Shown piece by piece: positions 23,601 to 37,004 of a stretch of DNA of 64,000 nucleotides. Made by a program: the position numbers and the translations under genes. The stretch lies in the NCBI GenBank assembly GCA_976226885.1, contig OZ320321.1, positions 25,606,001-25,670,000 of the forward strand. Direction: 5' to 3'. Source of the stretch: Iphione sp. A-MEVVRFRX5. Taxonomy: Eukaryota. Under the pieces are notes generated by a model. That model did not search any database. It saw nothing but the letters and a program-made list of their open reading frames with translations, and was not told the origin of the DNA. The first letter of the stretch is position 1. Each line of letters opens with the position of its first letter.

Positions 23601-26600
23601 TTGTGTCTGCCCTAACTGCTTCGATAATGAACGTTGTCATGTCAGTGACATTGTGCTATGTTTAACAGTATTTACGTGCTAGGTATAACAGTGGTACTGT
23701 GCTATGTTTAACATAGGGCATGTCTTTCTAATTTAAACAGAGTCTTTAATCACTGTAACTACGAAATATTAATCCTATTGGGGCACAAACCATTGTTGAG
23801 TTACCACGGTTCCTTCAGTATTGATTTGATAAATATAAGCTGTCTTTCCTTTAGGGATATTTATATTCCAAATTATTTGCAGATTAAGCAGTTTTATGGG
23901 TGATATATATGAAAAAAAGCTCCTCTTGAACCAAAATAAAAATTTTACAGAATCTGAGGCTGTTTAGTGTACTCGGCTTTGGTCTGAAGGCCTCATTTGG
24001 TAATGACGGTGGTGCCTTGAGGCACCATTCGCCCCAGTAGCGTTAATATACAACAGGTGTCATTTTAGCAAGTGTAGGGACAATCGTGGAGTTCTATACA
24101 GTCCTATGGACTTGTGTGACTTGTTTGCGATGTAAATGATGGTGCCATTCCTTTTTAAAGGAATTTAACCACTGTTTAACATCAGACTTTGTCATTGGAC
24201 TGATATATGCATATATACAGACTTTCATCCCGAGTTATGCAGTACAATTGGAGACGATGTGGAAATCAGGTTTTTCCGAAACCCTATCCGCCACACCAAA
24301 AAAACACTAAAAGCAAATGAAATCTTGATTATTTTGATTAACGCAGTATCAATTAAGACCAACCAACTCTGTACTCCAATATTTTATTTGAACCAACAAC
24401 TTATATCTACCACATAATGCATTTGTCCTTTTCATAATTTCCAATAAATGTATGACAGTTGAGTAACTCTGAATAGAACAATGCAATCTTGGAAATTGGG
24501 TCACTCTGTACTTTGTTTGAAATCTGAACTAAACCACATCACCCCTGTACAGTATGTGTCCACCCTACATGTATCTATTGTAGTCTCATGCCTGGTTGCA
24601 CCTACATAACGTGCTCGGTGGTGGTTCCTGCCCTCTGAGTGTTTTATGGTCACAGTCCTTACTCTTTTTTGCACAACGGGGCGAATGGGGTAGATGTATA
24701 GATATTCTGTCTTTGTCATATATAGCCCCAGGTCCTACAGTCCCAAAGCAAATTGAAAAGCGGTAAAAAAAGAAGAAACATTCTGATTGAAATTCTCAGC
24801 TTACCGACGGGGAGCATCTATTCAAAATTTGTTGATTCGAGCTGTTATTTCAGGAGGAAGGGAAAACAAGTTCTAACATTTTGGCAGTGAAAACATTCCC
24901 AGGGCCCCTCACCACCGGCATCACTAATGTGGGATGGACATTAAGGACAGGCAAGATTTACTCAAAACTGCAGTTTTGCCTCTGGCAAACAGCAACCTCA
25001 CTTCTGCGGTTGACCAGAAAATAACGCTCAACTGGATATCCACAAGAGAATTGGAGGACAAACTGGTTTCCACGTCACGTCTGAATATTGCATGCTGTAC
25101 CAAAGATGCCAACTGTTGTTATGCCACTAACACTAACCGTTTTGTTTGAACAGTGAAAATGTTCAAAAAAGGAGCGAACGCCCTGATAGGTACTGTGCCT
25201 TCTATTCCTCTCCTATGTATGCTGTATCTACCTCATTGTTAATGATAAGCCTTCCTCATGGCAAAACAAATACCTCTTCTTCAAGTGTGCAGTGTGTCCT
25301 GTGCAATGATAATTTTCGTTGAGATAACGACCTGCAGAGCTACGACCGATATTATCTAGATTAAGTGTGCTTCTGCAGAGTAACACTAAATGTGTTCTAC
25401 TAGAGAGCTTTCAGTGACTTGACTAGATCTAGCGCCAATTCTACGTACTTCACATATACATATATGGCGAAGTTCTAGTGTTTAGCCTGTTTCAGTACAA
25501 CTTCTGCCTAAGCAAAAACTTCAAAGGCTTCTGAGGCGATATCAAGTTTAGCTGTACTGCTTCGAGTAAGAGGGTGCTCTATTTAAGCTCTTTTAGTCTA
25601 CACCCACATAATGTACGAACGATGTAAACTCAATGTGAGATGTCGAGTTGTATTAGAGTCTAGATGAAGTTCTGCCCTGAATTCCCGCTCCTATTCATAG
25701 TTCTACACTCTGCACTCTGAGTGCGATTGTTGTTGTGACCAGTTCACGCGTGTCACGATGCAAGACGTTTTTTGTAACCTTTTTTTTGTCTATCCCAGTC
25801 CCCTTCCCCCTTAACCCATATTTGCAGATCCGTACATACAGCAACATATACATACGTATTACTTTCACAACCTATTCCTCCTCTCCACGCACTTCTTCTT
25901 ACCCTTTTTGGGAGGGACATAATGTCATTTCCTCTCTAAACAAATAACACAGGTGCATTCTCATTGCTGGTGAAGCTTTGCATGATAAAATAAAGCAATT
26001 TTGACAAATAAATCGAAGAATGTTTTTCAGACTGTTCCTAATTCGATGCCAATAATTTACACTTTGGCCCTACAAAAATAGTGTTCCCCTGGTATTTCTT
26101 TTTAAATAGAAGTCTATATAAATGGGTGAATAGAAGGAAACAATACGCAACTACACATTTTTTAAAGAAAAAATAATGGAAATGACTCTTTCCATCGTAA
26201 GAGTAATTGCCCAGGGACCATACATTTTGTAAAGGCAATTTGTACTAGGAGATTTTTTACGAACCCACAGCAAACAGCAAACCTAGATCAAAAAAGAGGT
26301 TGAAATGAAATTTCACTGGAAACCAAATTTGAAGTCATCCTGGCTGGTGTATCTATACTGTCGTTTACCAGTGTTTTCATAAAGTAGCAAAAGGGGGCAC
26401 TGAATCAAGAATGCATTTTGAGATTTTTGGGTTTTTCAAAGTCGGCAGTCGAAAAGTACCTGTCCCGGTCCAGGCCATAGATGAAGTACGTTTGTATGTA
26501 TGTATGCATGCGTGCGTGAATTGTATCTCAACCCTACAGGTAGGACTGCCATGTACGCTTGTATGTGTGTACGCGTGCGTGCGTGCGTGAGTTCAATCTC

Positions 26601-26663
26601 AATCCCTGGCAGGACACTGCCGTATGGTAACATAAGTCACATGTGCGCTTGTTTCTGTTGCAG

Positions 26664-26699
26664 ACAGACATTCTTTCTCAGACCTCTTTGCTCTAGCTG
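26664..26699 (+). CDS. KCNMA1: Candidate 36-nt cassette exon at the STREX-equivalent site (YRHSFSDLFALA)
   Basis: cttgtttctgttgcag acceptor, CTG|GTGAGT donor, phase 1-1. Confidence 0.7.
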
Positions 26700-29212
26700 G
26701 TGAGTTTTGTCCTATCTCTAGGAACGATAGCATGAAGTAGTAAAAAACCAAAGGCATTGATTTGCCTGCAGTTGAAATACATCATCCATCATAGTAAAAA
26801 AAACTATGCAACCACAAAATGAAAAAAGGATTCGTTCCACGAGTAATCATATAATAAACTTGTCGAATTACCTACTCCTATCAGAAATAAAGATAATGTA
26901 AATTTGTCTAAATTTGCTATCGCCATATTGGCAACATTAAACGCATGCTCAATTCAGTCCCTGTTATTTTAGAGGAAGCTCATTTGCAAGGAATGTTCTA
27001 GATTAATAGTTTTTAAACTACCCGCTAAACGTTCCAGTAGGTTAAATTTAATCTAGTTGCAACAATTTGCTGAGCAGAAAGCTCTTGCTGTTTAGTTCCC
27101 GCATGAGACCAATAATTTATTAGATTGATGCGGTTGGATTTTTTTGTGCATGACTGAATACATGTATATATAGCTTTTTTGCTTTTAATATATGACAGAA
27201 ATGAAAGAAATTTACCAATACCAAATTCAAAAAAAGAAGAGACGACGAATAAGTAAAAGCAATAGAATTCCTCCCAATACATGTATCTATTTATCTACCC
27301 ATACAATTATAAAAAGATGGTTCCTATTTAATTATATACCTTGATCTGAAGCTGATCAGGTCTTTCCTTGTTTCAGAGACTAGGAATTCATGTAAATGGA
27401 GTTTTGTATTCTCTCGTCACCAGCCGTTCTCCCTGTTGTGACTGCCGCAGTTTTATTTAAGTTTAGATCCAGTGGATGTCGTAAAAGGCTTTAAGTTTTT
27501 GAGAGCGGAGAAAAGATATATTTCTCCCTTGATACCCATCCTCTGGTTGCATGTGGCTCATGGGAACTTCACCATAGGCACTCGATAGGAGCTAAAAATG
27601 TCAATCCTAAAATCACAAGGACAATTTAAGAGAAAAAATAATATGTCACGAGAAAAAAAAACGTTAGAAAAGCTTTAATTACTTTCACATGCATAGCTTA
27701 AATTAGTTCCACCGAATTACGTTCGTTATTTCTAAATAATTTAGGACTCTAAGCTCTCCGCCCCTGTCTATCAGCCCCTCAGTTTTAACTCTTCACGCCC
27801 TGCGTGTCTCTCTCTCGATTCGTCTCTACATTTGCATGGCGCTATGCTCTTGCCATTACTTCGACTTTAGTAGAGAGTTTGATGTTGTATTTTGTATTGT
27901 GCTGGGAGATAAAACCGTAATACAAGTACATGTGTTAAGAGAACAACTATATGAGCTACCTAGCAAGAATGGAAACTTTAGCAATCTGTTAGTAAGACTT
28001 GTGGTATACAATTCATAACAGAGAAAGTGACCAGAGAAAGATAAAGATAAAGGCTTGTACCTACTGTAGTAGGTAGTGATATTTCTAAAACATCGAACTT
28101 GTCTTGGACATAGAACTGAATTCAGTGCCTGTATCAATGCAGTTATAGGTACAACATGTAGTCCAATCATAAAGTCTGGGGAGGAGTAAGAAGAGAATGT
28201 ATATCCATGCATAGACTACCCACGGATATGCTTCAAGATATTATCTTATATAATCATATTAATTGTTATGAAAGAAACACTGACATTATAATGATAATGA
28301 TAATTAATCTATTATGGTTTGTCTATGTGCCTCTTCCTATTAAGAAATGACATATATTGCTTGTGACATGTGACCTCTTCACCTCTGGCACCCCACAGCC
28401 TTTACTGCCACACCCTTCTCCTCTGACACCCATCTTTATATACAGTATATATATTTATATATGTATGTACATGGCCCCAGGCTTTGTCACCTTCAGAGCC
28501 TGGTGTTCAATCCTGCATTTTTTGCTCCTGCTTTTGATCCACTGTTCACTGCCCTCAATGTATGTACTGCTGGTATATTCTATGTGTAAGCATAATCATG
28601 GTAATACCATATGGACCTATACATTTCAGATTTTAAAGAAAGACAATAGACAATGACATTGAATATCTAATCTCTGTTTTGATTAACATTCTTACTTGAA
28701 AAAATTTTGTTGACTTGAACATACTTTGTTATAATAATATAGATTATATGTAGCAATTAATCTACTATGAGTACTGTGGAAATGATCATTTCTTGTTGTA
28801 TTTGATGTTTTATTAAAATAATAACTAGTAACAGCGGCATGCAAATGACTTACCAAAAATACTTTGTTCTAATTGGTAACAGTTAACCGAAGATATTCAA
28901 TTCTTTAATACAGACATGTTATATTCATTAATAATTCGCTCTGTGCGAGAATTGGCCGCTCTATTTCCATACTGTCGTCGATGATTCTGTACTAAACATG
29001 ATAAAAGCATGCAGTACAATACAATAATATGCTGAAGATGTGATGTATATACAAAAACGTATATACATGTGATATTGGACCCAAAGAGAAAAGACGAACA
29101 ACATTGAAACATGCTTTTGGTCAGAACGAAATGTGAAAAGAAAGGAGAATGTTCAAATTAGTGAAGATCGTTTCAAGCACGGATATTGTGTTATGTGTCT
29201 TTGTTTCTATAG

Positions 29213-29281
29213 CAACGGCGAAATTTAGTGCGGTTTCACCATCCCCATTGGAAACGCCTGACGGAAAGCATCGGGAAATGT
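29213..29281 (+). CDS. KCNMA1: Candidate 69-nt cassette exon (xTAKFSAVSPSPLETPDGKHREM)
   Basis: tgtctttgtttctatag acceptor, TGT|GTAATT donor, phase 1-1, S/T-P rich like the linker. Confidence 0.5.
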
Positions 29282-31481
29282 GTAATTACAAAACGAAATT
29301 TTCTAATCTTGAAAGCAAACTAACGATACTGAGTCATTCTGTCGGACTTCCCTACCGTTCGGATTTGGTTCTATTCAAAGGAATACAATTAACCCTTACT
29401 GTTTCTTTTTGCTTTGGGGTTAGCGTAATAATTGTACATAGTGCCTATTTGCTTTTACTAACTCCAACCAGAAAAAAAACTAACATATCTATTGTTGTTG
29501 TTATTGACTAGTTAGCATTATTCCCATAATTTGGTGATCATATTCTTTGAACGAAATTCACCTAAATCTCTCTTTTTTCGAGTTTACAATTGAAGTTGTA
29601 TTTGTAGTTTGGTTGTTTACTTTCCGAAAGGAGCTGTAACTGTCTGAAAAGAAGAAACAGAATACGCAACTCGGTCTCGTTTGAACATTAGTCTATAGGC
29701 AATGATTCCTGTAGTTTCTTTGGCGTTTCATTAAGCGACTCTAGTCAGGCAAACTATATTCAAGTACGGTAGTTTATTCCTGTGGCAATTTCGGGGGAAA
29801 GTACAGTGGAAATAAAGGAAACACATGTGACCCATGGCAGAAATACTTCATCCCTTGCAACGGTTATTCTATGCCTGCACGTAGAAAAAAAAGAGAAACT
29901 TACACAGGAATTTATACAAAACGCTCAACCTTTTATAATTTCTTTTCAACAGAGCCAGTACAGTGCATCTTCGAATTCTGTATCCCTTTCCATAAGGTGT
30001 AACATTTTTAGCTTATAGGTTGCCATGTGTTGACAGCAGTAACTGCTTTCAGGAATGAAATATTTGTGCTGTCATCCATGGGTTTCCTCTGGTGTACGCA
30101 CACCTCTACTTCCACTGTGCTTATAAGAAGGTGAAACGTGTTAGACATGTAAGAAAAGTAGTGTAAGATCTATGTGTGTATATTGTTTGTCTTGATGTGA
30201 ACATTAGTGTTGACTGTATTGTACAAAACCTGTGGGACGCTTACGCATTTATTTCTGAGACGATTGTTTAGGTTTGCACAAGTATGACTAACACCTGCTA
30301 TGTCTTCATAGCAAAACTTTATCACTATGTGCAGAGGAGTTAGTGATCATACAGCGAGAATTGGCTTGCTATTGATGGCTGGTAATTGTACCATTGCAAC
30401 TGGTGCAACAATTTAGTATGTATATAAGTACATGTAACTTGCCTTTTTGTTGACAAGCATGGTGGCATGGCTAGAGAATCTCAATGGCCATAACAGCAGA
30501 AGGATATGGGTCAGTGCCCTTATTAACTACAGGAGGTAATGACGTTTGCACTAGTGCGGCATTGTCTAAGCTGGACATCTACTAATTAAGTAATTTTATT
30601 CATTCCAGGATTCTCTCTCGATATGCACACATTAAAAATACAGTAGAAATTCTGCCTGAACCAGACAACCCAAAATTCGAAATGAAATCTGAGAAAAGAA
30701 AATCTTCTAATTTCATGTGCAGTAAAAACCCCCCAATGGGACCAGGCATGGGACTGGCCAACTTTGGTCTATCCCTTGAGTGGGTCTCTTTAGAGGGCTG
30801 GTATGCAAAATAAGAATATACATGCTTGTTTTTTTTGAAAATCATAGTCTTTATAAAGGTAGTTCAGCCACACGGGTGGGTCTCTAAGTAGTTTCTACCG
30901 TTAACACGTTGGCTATGGTTGACAAGTGACACTCCAGACTACCAGCTTCAGCTAGGGACTCTGGTGTAGCAAGTGTCTCCATATACATGTATACACGTGT
31001 GTGCATATATATATATATATGTAAACATATAGGTGGTATAAGTCATCATCTTTCCTCCGCAGGTTCACCTTCTCTCTATCAGTATATGCTTCTGTGTGTT
31101 GGTCACCTGTGCCTTTAAGCCTTTTCCTCACTCTAGGTTAAGCCCGGGACATCACCTTGATAGCCAAGTTATAGCTGTGCGACAAACTGTTGTCCCAGAC
31201 AGTGGACATTATTTGCAATAAGATATTTCTGTAAGCATAAGTAGCAACCACATACCCACCCACCCACCCACCTCCGTTGACTTCTTGATGTAGTCAATAT
31301 TGTAATGGTCATTTCCCACTTCTTTATATCCATCAAGATGAAGGGTTAACGGGTCTACTGTCAAGTAAGCAGAATTTTCATACTCTTTTTTTTAAATCAC
31401 TGAGAATTAAACCCCGCGGGCCAGATTTTGGATTGTGCCCCCTCGCCCCCTTAACATCCGCCTTGCCCGTGATGAATGGCC

Positions 31482-31650
31482 ATGATGCTGCTGATGATGA
31501 TGATGCCTATGATGCTGATGTTGATGATGATGCCTATGATGCTGATGATGATGATGATGCCTATGATGACCATGTCCTCTGGCTTGAAGGCAATGATGAT
31601 GATGTTGATGATGATGACAATGATGACAATGTTGATGATGACGATGCTTT
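31482..31650. repeat. Degenerate (GAT)n/(CAT)n trinucleotide repeat
   Basis: Produces the poly-Asp, poly-His and poly-Ile ORFs in the track. Confidence 0.92.
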
Positions 31651-32824
31651 GATGAATATGACAACTGTGATGATTTTGGCCGTGTTGATGAACTTTTTGC
31701 CATGTTTGAAACACCGTCTCGAAGAAGATCTCTCTCCTTCTAGGGACAATTTCATCCGAAATCAGTTTAAATTGTGTAGAGATCACCCACCCTTTGAAAC
31801 ATTAAAGAGAAATATGACTCCGAAATCAATGTAAATATCACCTAAATTGGACAATTTTATGGGGTTTCAATACTCCGCCGGTATATTTCAAAGAAGCTCA
31901 TATTGTTCATGCATGTTTCTGGTTTAGAATAAATCTGATATCTACTAGAAATGTTTCGGATGAGGTATTCCAATTAGAGATCATTGAAAGTTCAACCTTT
32001 CTCTATACCGACCAATGGCCATAATTTGCATAGTATTAAGGCATGTAAATTACAGTGAATCACTTAACCTCAACACTGAACGCTGTAAGATGGAGAAGAA
32101 ACGTAAGGATTTTAGAAAAGTAAAATATAATAGAAAAAAGCTTTGCATTGATGTGATGTGTTGGCACAGTCACTGGTAATGCATAACTTCCTTTCACCAT
32201 TTACCTGCACATGTCCTGTAATATTAATTCTAGAATCCTAGAATCCCACCTGAAAATAGTAAACAGTAGTGTGCTAACAAATTTTCCTATATATATATAT
32301 ATTGTTCTATAATAACCTAACATACGTATTACACTAAAAGTGTAGACTTAAATTGTGTGTTCTTCCATCTTTCACGTTTTCGTACAGATTACCCGCAGTA
32401 TGTGTTATTTTAAAGTTAGTCTTCAAATGAACAATGCATTTTGTGACGTGTTGCCTGAGTGGGTGTTATTTTTTTGCATTTTTGTGTGATTAATGACTAC
32501 TGTTTTTATCGTAAAATACATCATTTTCTTGTTTTACCTTTTGTTAGTTTCTTTACCTATCGTTGAGAGTTAAGTTAACTGTCCACCAGTCACTATCCGC
32601 TTTCCCAAAGCTAATTTGAACATTTAACGGTCTGTATGCCTATATTTAGAACAACTGACACAAAATAATATCAGAAAACCACCAAACGTGGAAGGAGACA
32701 ATTATGGGGGTTTTTTTAATATCCTTCTATAGCAAGATGTGTTGTGCACGACCCCTGATATGACCTTGACTGGGATTGTAATTGACCTTCTATGTGTGGT
32801 GTTTGTCTTTTTTTTTACCTGCAG

Positions 32825-32893
32825 CACTTAACAAAAAGAGCGTGACTGCTGCTGGAACTGAACTGACGTCCCAGTCTTACCCTGCAGACTCCG
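32825..32893 (+). CDS. KCNMA1: Candidate 69-nt cassette exon (xLNKKSVTAAGTELTSQSYPADS)
   Basis: Very strong acceptor tttgtctttttttttacctgcag, CCG|GTACTG donor, phase 1-1. Confidence 0.55.
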
Positions 32894-34077
32894 GTACTGA
32901 TCCCATCCCATTACTTTTCTTGTGTGTCCGCTGTTCAAGTGTGGTTCGTTTGTTCTGTTTTTTTTTTCTAGCAGATACCTACAGAAACCTGTATAAAAAA
33001 TACTCTAAGGTAGAAGTACGTTGTAGATGGTATAACCTCTTCTGGTCACTGTTGTTGACTTCTGGTTAAAGACAATTGGTGGTCATATTACTAGATTTGA
33101 GACACAACGCTACCATTCGGTTGTAAGCTTATTGTTGGCATGAAAGGCACGTATACATTTTAGAATCGAATTACAATCGTTATACATTCTAAGTTCAGCA
33201 CTCACTTACGGCTGCTCTCAATACCCCTGTCCGTTGCTTCAAGTTTTTTTCTTGGAGCAAAAATTTCACCTAGGTCATCAATGCATTATCATGATGTTAC
33301 ATGTAATTGGTATCTTTGTGTCTCCAGCCTTTAGTAGTGACCATAGTAGTTACAGTATTCTGTAGCCAGATGGTGTCAGGTTTAATATGGAAAGTCTACA
33401 CCCGCGAGACTGTCAAACATGTAAACAGTATGTACTTTTATAATTAGGCTGTTTTTTTTCATAATTTGTGTATTTTCATGATCAGGATGTAAATGGCTAA
33501 GATTAGGTGGGATAGGACCTGGCACACATCTTGCTACTTTACTTTGGACAACTGGTTAAGGCAAGCTGTTGAAGAAATACTAGATGCTGGCAGTCTAGCT
33601 CTGAAATTAACCTTTTCCAATCTAGATAATTAGTTTACCAGAAAAAGCCCATGATTTTTCAAGTGTTCATCTCATTAATTAATTCTCAGTTGTTTTGAAC
33701 CGAACACCTGATCCAGAATGTAGTCGATGACTATCGTAGTTCATCGCAAAAATCAATGGTAACGAAAGGCACGTTTGGAATGATTAATCCCAAACACATT
33801 ATCGCAGAATTGAGGTCTAAAAATAGTCGTGCCATCAGAGAGGAGAAGCACTTTACCGTATCACGCAGCGATATTCCCTCGTGTTCCCTGAAACCTCCAC
33901 TGAACTCGGGTCAATAACCAAGAATTCCAAATGTGCAGTAACCAATCACCGAGATATAAAGGCTTAATATCGATAATGAATCACCAAGAAATTAAGGATC
34001 TAAAATTATTATTAAATTACCAAGAAATGATTCAGTCATCAAGAAACTTCGGTGCTGCATTGCAGAGGCAAAGAGCA

Positions 34078-34130
34078 TTTGGCGCTGAAGTAAAATACCT
34101 TTTTGGCGCCGAAGTAAAATGCCTTTTTGC
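34078..34130. repeat. 24-bp tandem repeat, about 2.2 copies
   Basis: tttggcgctgaagtaaaatacctt / tttggcgccgaagtaaaatgcctt. Confidence 0.8.
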
Positions 34131-34559
34131 ACATCACCAAAGTAGTTGTCCCCCCTGTGTTTCAGTGAAAAAAAAATCACAGAGTCAGCTGGGCACACAA
34201 CCAATGCACGTGGCAGTGGTTCAGGTAGATACTCCAAACCTCCGTCCACTTGGTGTGGGGTCTGGTGATTCGGATGTGCTGTGTAGCTGACAGAGAATTC
34301 ACCATCTAAAGGAACATACTAGCTCCAGCCCAGTTCGGTTCTAACCTTTTATTAAAATGAAAGCAACAGTTAGTACAATATATCTTAAACCATTTAAAAC
34401 CAGATGTATACTTTAATTGATTGCTGATGGGTATTCTTGATCCAATAGATAATTACCATGACTACCTAGAATATTTATCAGTCTATAAAGAGAGAGGGAG
34501 AAAAAACAGAGTTAGGCAGAGCAAAGAAGGAAGAAGTGGAGGTAGAAGCTTTGGAGCTG

Positions 34560-34720
34560 CTGTCCACTTCCCCAAAGAGAAAAAAGAAATATCCACATCC
34601 ACAAAAACAGGCCTAGTTATGCGCCTGCAATGATACAACTGTTCGATCGCCCTTGCAACTCCCATTGTCTCCAAAGTTCTTGCCTGGGAGTCACATTTTC
34701 TAATTTCCTTCTATCACCAC
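34560..34720 (-). pseudogene. Possible decayed non-LTR reverse transcriptase fragment
   Basis: Frameshifted minus-strand translation PRQELW/...GVARAIEQLY...V.V.ISFF loosely resembles the RT segment before the GVRQG motif. Confidence 0.25.
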
Positions 34721-34868
34721 AGTAGCTATTGCTTTCTGCTCTTTCATCGACCCTCGGTATATCCTTTCATCTGTAAAGGCAATATACTTTCATGTCAACT
34801 CTCAGATTCGTTTGTCACGAATGAATATATACTTACGTCATAATTCTGTATCTTCCTAACCATTCTAG

Positions 34869-34886
34869 TGGAAGATTTACAATCCG
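34869..34886 (+). CDS. KCNMA1: 18-nt micro-exon (L/V)EDLQS, likely homologue of vertebrate post-STREX LEDEQP
   Basis: cttcctaaccattctag acceptor with CTAAC branch-like motif, perfect CCG|GTAAGT donor, phase 1-1. Confidence 0.75.
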
Positions 34887-35848
34887 GTAAGTCCGACTAC
34901 AAGAAGACACGGTAGAACCACATTGACAAAGTCACAGCCCACTATTAAATATTTTTGTACAAGGTCAATCATGTAAATTCTTCACCGTAAATGGTTTCGT
35001 TATCGTAAAACACAAAATTAATGTCGCGTTCGAAATTGTGAAACCGTCATAATACTAAAGCTGGTTTCACTTACACAGTGCAAAAAAAAAACCCTAGGCC
35101 GTTGTTACACTGCTACGACCACTGAGTTGTATTTGCATTATGTGACCCGTCACCATGAGATAGTCCCACTTGATGTCCCACGTTATGTTCAGGTTAGGTC
35201 CCACGACAACATCAAGTGTAATGCGTTGTCTGCCTGAAATATGGGCCTGGCTCACTGTTGTCTCCAGTAGCATAGATCCAGTTTCGTCAATTTATGTGCA
35301 GTTAAACATGATCCAGAGAAATCTACCGGCTCATTTGAGAGCATTGTTGAGTGTGGTGGAGTTTACAATGCAAGCAAACCATAGTAAAAGATATAAAATG
35401 TGTAATCATTGAAGGTTATCACTTAGCTTTGTTAACGAAAAACATTTCTGACCGCCAGGGACAACTCTGTAAACAAACAATCTGTAAAGTAGCTCTCTGT
35501 GATTAGATAGTCTTTCAAGAAGACATCTACAGTTTGAAGCTGCTCTTCACTTGCAATTGCTCTTCAGGATTAGTGGTATACAGATTATGGTAAACAAATT
35601 AGTTTGCCTTTTGAACCTGTTTATCATAAACCACCGTCATTTTGGCATTGACTCTCTGTTTATAAGTGGCGTTAACACGATTTTATTTCCATTCTAGACA
35701 CCGGTTACATGCCGCCTTTTTCTGAGGACCTTCAACCCTTTCAAATTTGTGTTCCAAAAATCATTCAACAGATTTCATTTTCGGATTCCTTTTCTGAAGA
35801 ATTCAGGACCCCTACGGAACAATTTCTTTACCCTGAATGTTTTTTCAG

Positions 35849-35884
35849 GCAAGACGCGTGACATTCCACGTCAGAAAGTACAAG
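35849..35884 (+). CDS. KCNMA1: 36-nt linker exon (GKTRDIPRQKVQ)
   Basis: gaatgttttttcag acceptor, AAG|GTATTT donor, phase 1-1. Confidence 0.65.
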
Positions 35885-37004
35885 GTATTTCCATGGGCAA
35901 GGTTGACAATTTTCCCAAGATCCTGAAAATTATGTTACTCAGTTGGTTATGCATCGCAAGATGCCATTCTGATGGAAACGGCAGTGTTTGCTTCTGTGTC
36001 ACTGAATGTGATGTGCCGTACCAATAACTCACTGGTAAACGTGCAGTCCTTAATACAGGACCTTTCGAAATCTCAGCGCTTTACATGGGCTGGTGCTACG
36101 TTTATGGCAGATGAAAGTTCGACCAGAGGCAAAGACAATTGTAGGTCAATTGCAGGTTTGACCATAAAAAAAGTGTTGCTTACAGTCATGTCACATTCGG
36201 TGAGAACGGGCCTGCGTGATTGTATTGGCTGCACAACACTCCACTGCAATGGGTCGATGCATGTCTAAAAGAAGTTCTCCATCCTTCGGGACTTTGTACC
36301 TTCATCAAGAGAAAAAACAAATCCAATCTGATGCCAAGTGTTGTATTTTTATTGATTCGGTATAGATGTGTACACTGGTCTATTGCTTATTCTGATCCTT
36401 GCAATATCGTGTCGTACCATTGTCTCTCGAGACAGAGAAACGTCTATTAGGAAGACGATGTAATAAGGGAGAACAGTTCACTTAAAGGAGGTGAAACCCC
36501 CCCCCCGCCCCCCACACCTCCAAAAGGCAAACGGGTTGACGCGATATTAGCAAGGTGATTCGAGTAGGGAGACTTGAAAGGTGTCTTTGGAGGGTCAGGC
36601 TACCAATTCTAACAGTGTGATTTTGTATTCTTCGTCATTCTTCAACCCAGGAAAGGCATCAGGCCTAATCTATTTACTTTCATTTACATACTCTAGTTTT
36701 CGGTACTGTTTAACAGATAATCTAAATAGACAAATCTCTAGTCTCAAGTAGCAGTTGCAGTAAACTTAATGGTGTACGTATTGTGCTCAACCAAATTGTT
36801 AAAAAATATCTCAGTCACTCAGCAAGTAATATAACTCTTCTTCTCGTGATAATTATCATTTCATATATGCCCATTAATGTAACATTGATAAAGATCAACC
36901 TATTATTTGCCTCAGATTTCAATGGGTCTTTTCCGTATGCCATACAGAGTGTCAGAGTATAGAGAATATAATTATACGGTTCTGTTTACCGGATCTTCTT
37001 CCAG

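Noticed and set aside
31063-31230. Two strong AG|GT acceptors (31063, 31137)
   Set aside because: Stops in the compatible frame and no good in-frame donor; recursive splicing cannot be supported from sequence alone.
31407-31834. Poly-Asp, poly-His and poly-Ile ORFs, including a Ca-bowl-like acidic run
   Set aside because: Translations of a GAT/CAT microsatellite; no splice sites linking it to Slo1.
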